64,000 bases of DNA from Bilabrum cf. latius (taxonomy: Eukaryota): the NCBI GenBank assembly GCA_965178125.1, contig OZ237747.1:1-64000 (forward strand), given 5' to 3'. Position 1 is the stretch's first letter. The number at the start of each line of letters is the position of its first letter. Position numbers and translations under genes: made by a program. Of this stretch, positions 62,070 through 64,000 are shown piece by piece. Under the pieces are notes generated by a model that worked only from the letters and a program-made list of their open reading frames with translations, ran no database searches and was not told the origin of the DNA.

Positions 62070-63597
62070 TTATTCGGCACCTGTGGCACGACCCTCTCCA
62101 CCGCCCACCTGCTCCCCCAACATGAGACCCCTGATGTCCAGCAGTTCCTTTGGCACGCGCGCCTCGACTCGGTTGAATTCCACTTCCCAGGCGGCCCCTT
62201 CGCCTATCCTCCCCTCCTCCCCTTGTTCCCTGCCCTGCCCGTTCCCGTCCAAGCAGGCAGCACCCGACCGTTGGACGCGATGGATGCGCACCAGGCCTGC
62301 TCTGCTTCCACTGCCGGCAGCTCGCGGGGCCGGCGCCGCCCCCGACACGGTTGGAGGGACGAAGCTGACCTCGTCCTCATCCTCCTCCTCGCAGAGCTCG
62401 GCACTGAGGGAAAAGGCAGGGTGGCGACAACTGGCGTGGGGCGGTGTCCGGTGGCCGATGGCATGCGAATCGGCTCGCTGCTCTTTCACGACCAGTCTGG
62501 TCTCCCTGTCCCTATCTGCCAGCAGCCCACACCTTGCCTCCGGACGGAGAGGCGCGCTGGGCACCGCGATCACAACTCGAGGGCTAGTGAGAAGAGATCG
62601 TCCATCCGGCCTAGTGCGCCGCCCCCACAGGTTCTTGACCCTGGATACCCGCTCTGCTGCGCTCCCAGCAGTGCCAAGGGCCCCTTTGGCGCCTTTCTGC
62701 TGCCTGCCAACGGAATCGGCACGACCTGCACTGCCCGCCCCGCTGCCTAACTCAAAGGGCGCCAGACTCTCGATGTCCGTGCCTCGGTTGCGCGCCAGGC
62801 TGTCTGCTTGTGCCTATAACGCTTTGAAACCGGCCCTCACCCATGCTTGCATCCTATGCTACGGCGGTTTATCGCCCTGTGGCAAATCGTGCTGGGTGCC
62901 AGAAATTGACGCACCGGAGCTGCTGCTGTCTCTCGCACCACCCGAGGCTTTCGGATTCGTCGAAGTCCCGCTGGTAGCACCAGCATTGAGATCTTCCTCC
63001 TCGTGGGGTCCTGCAAGTAGGGCGTTTGCGGCACGGTGCCTGGGCGTGCCTGTTCCAGCAAGCAGTCCGATGGCTCGATGAATGAGTGCGTTCTCGACGC
63101 TGGACCACCCCGCTGAGTGGACACTGCCCCTGTCTCTATGAGCAACTGATTCGAATGGAATTAGTTGGTCAACTCCAAGTACGGCAATGTGATGACGGTG
63201 GCTTGAGGCCGCTGATCCGGCACGCAAGACGCTGTGCATGATCGCTCGAAGCGAATCGCATTCACAGACGTTCACACCGGAGGCTTCAGGTGGACATACT
63301 TCTGAGCCCCGCTAGTCACTTAATGCAGAATCTTGGCAAGATCCCCCTTGGATTCGCTTCATGGCTGACAGGTCCAAGCAGCCTTGGCTGCTGCACAGCA
63401 TGGAGCAGCTGCCTTCGCCTTTGCGATACTCAAAATTCAGGCGGAGCAACCAGTCGATCGCAATACTTTTCCGTAGACTGCGCTTGTAAATACGAATTGC
63501 CGGAAACACGACGCATACTACCAACAATCACAGCTCCGTGCGTGAGCCAAACAGGCCATGCTCACTCAAAACAGTCGCCCTCCAGTACCGCCGCCAT
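62070..63597 (-). CDS. Hypothetical protein (2 exons)
   Basis: MAAVLEGDCFD|LRKSIAIDWLLRLN after a GTGAGC..CAG intron; frame joins ORFs 63312-63527, 62859-63275 and 62070-62573 via TAG; TAA stop. Confidence 0.55.
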
Positions 63598-63739
63598 TGT
63601 TGCCTCAATAGCCGAACCAAGCGCAAATGGATCGATAATATTTGAATTGGCTGTTGCTCAAGCCGTATGCCTGTGTTGCCCACTGCGGTGACCACAAGCC
63701 AATGATTCTTTGGTCGATTTCGGAATTCGTCCCCCTCCC

Positions 63740-63820
63740 GTGCCCAAGCGTGGGAGGGGGGGGTCCCACGCTTGGGCACCCCTGCCCAAGCGTGGGACCC
63801 CCCCGTCCACGCCTGGGCAC
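63740..63820. repeat. Nested inverted-repeat cluster (four alternating arms of TGCCCAAGCGTGGGA)
   Basis: Arms at 63740-63755, 63764-63779, 63783-63797 and 63806-63820, separated by G/C runs. Confidence 0.85.
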
Positions 63821-64000
63821 CCTACGCCTGGAGCAGTCATCTGACTGCTCCAGCTAGTAGTTTAAAAGATGTTATGAACTCTAAATAAGATAAAGCTCAC
63901 ATACTCTTTACCGAGATGATTGAGGATCATATGGTCGCGGACCGGCCTGTGTTTGGACCAGCGGAACAGACCCATTTGGGGACGACGAGGATTGGCCCCA

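Noticed and set aside
31563-62750. Many long antisense or alternative-frame ORFs (e.g. 31563-32459, 47872-49152, 55876-57111)
   Set aside because: Shadow ORFs expected in GC-rich coding DNA; they overlap better-supported genes.
10279-63597. Mass pseudogenisation or RIP-like C-to-T mutation as the cause of internal stops
   Set aside because: Only TAG interrupts the frames, with no TAA/TGA or frameshifts; essential genes (RAE1, GTF3C5) are affected and motifs stay intact.
63917-64000. Start of a further + strand gene
   Set aside because: Too short and truncated by the window edge to assign a frame.

Overview
This window is the left end of a compact, GC-rich eukaryotic (protist) chromosome. 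A stramenopile such as a bicosoecid is plausible, but that is a low-confidence inference from formin architecture. Bases 1-8263 are an unusual telomere: (CCCTAA)n tracts alternate with blocks of four 155-bp satellite monomers plus a 60-bp linker, forming a ~1397-bp higher-order repeat. Next come three short telomere-capped subtelomeric modules and a 70-bp minisatellite (to ~10100), then about 27 densely packed protein genes with few short GT-AG introns. The main discovery is a variant nuclear genetic code. The supplied ORF track is fragmented because TAG is a sense codon, read as Gln. In my manual models, 25 of 27 genes contain in-frame TAG, several at near-invariant Gln positions. All end in TGA (23) or TAA (4), and I found no in-frame TAA. 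Gene models were built by hand with TAG=Gln (* in quoted peptides marks an in-frame TAG). Product calls come from motif recognition, not database searches.
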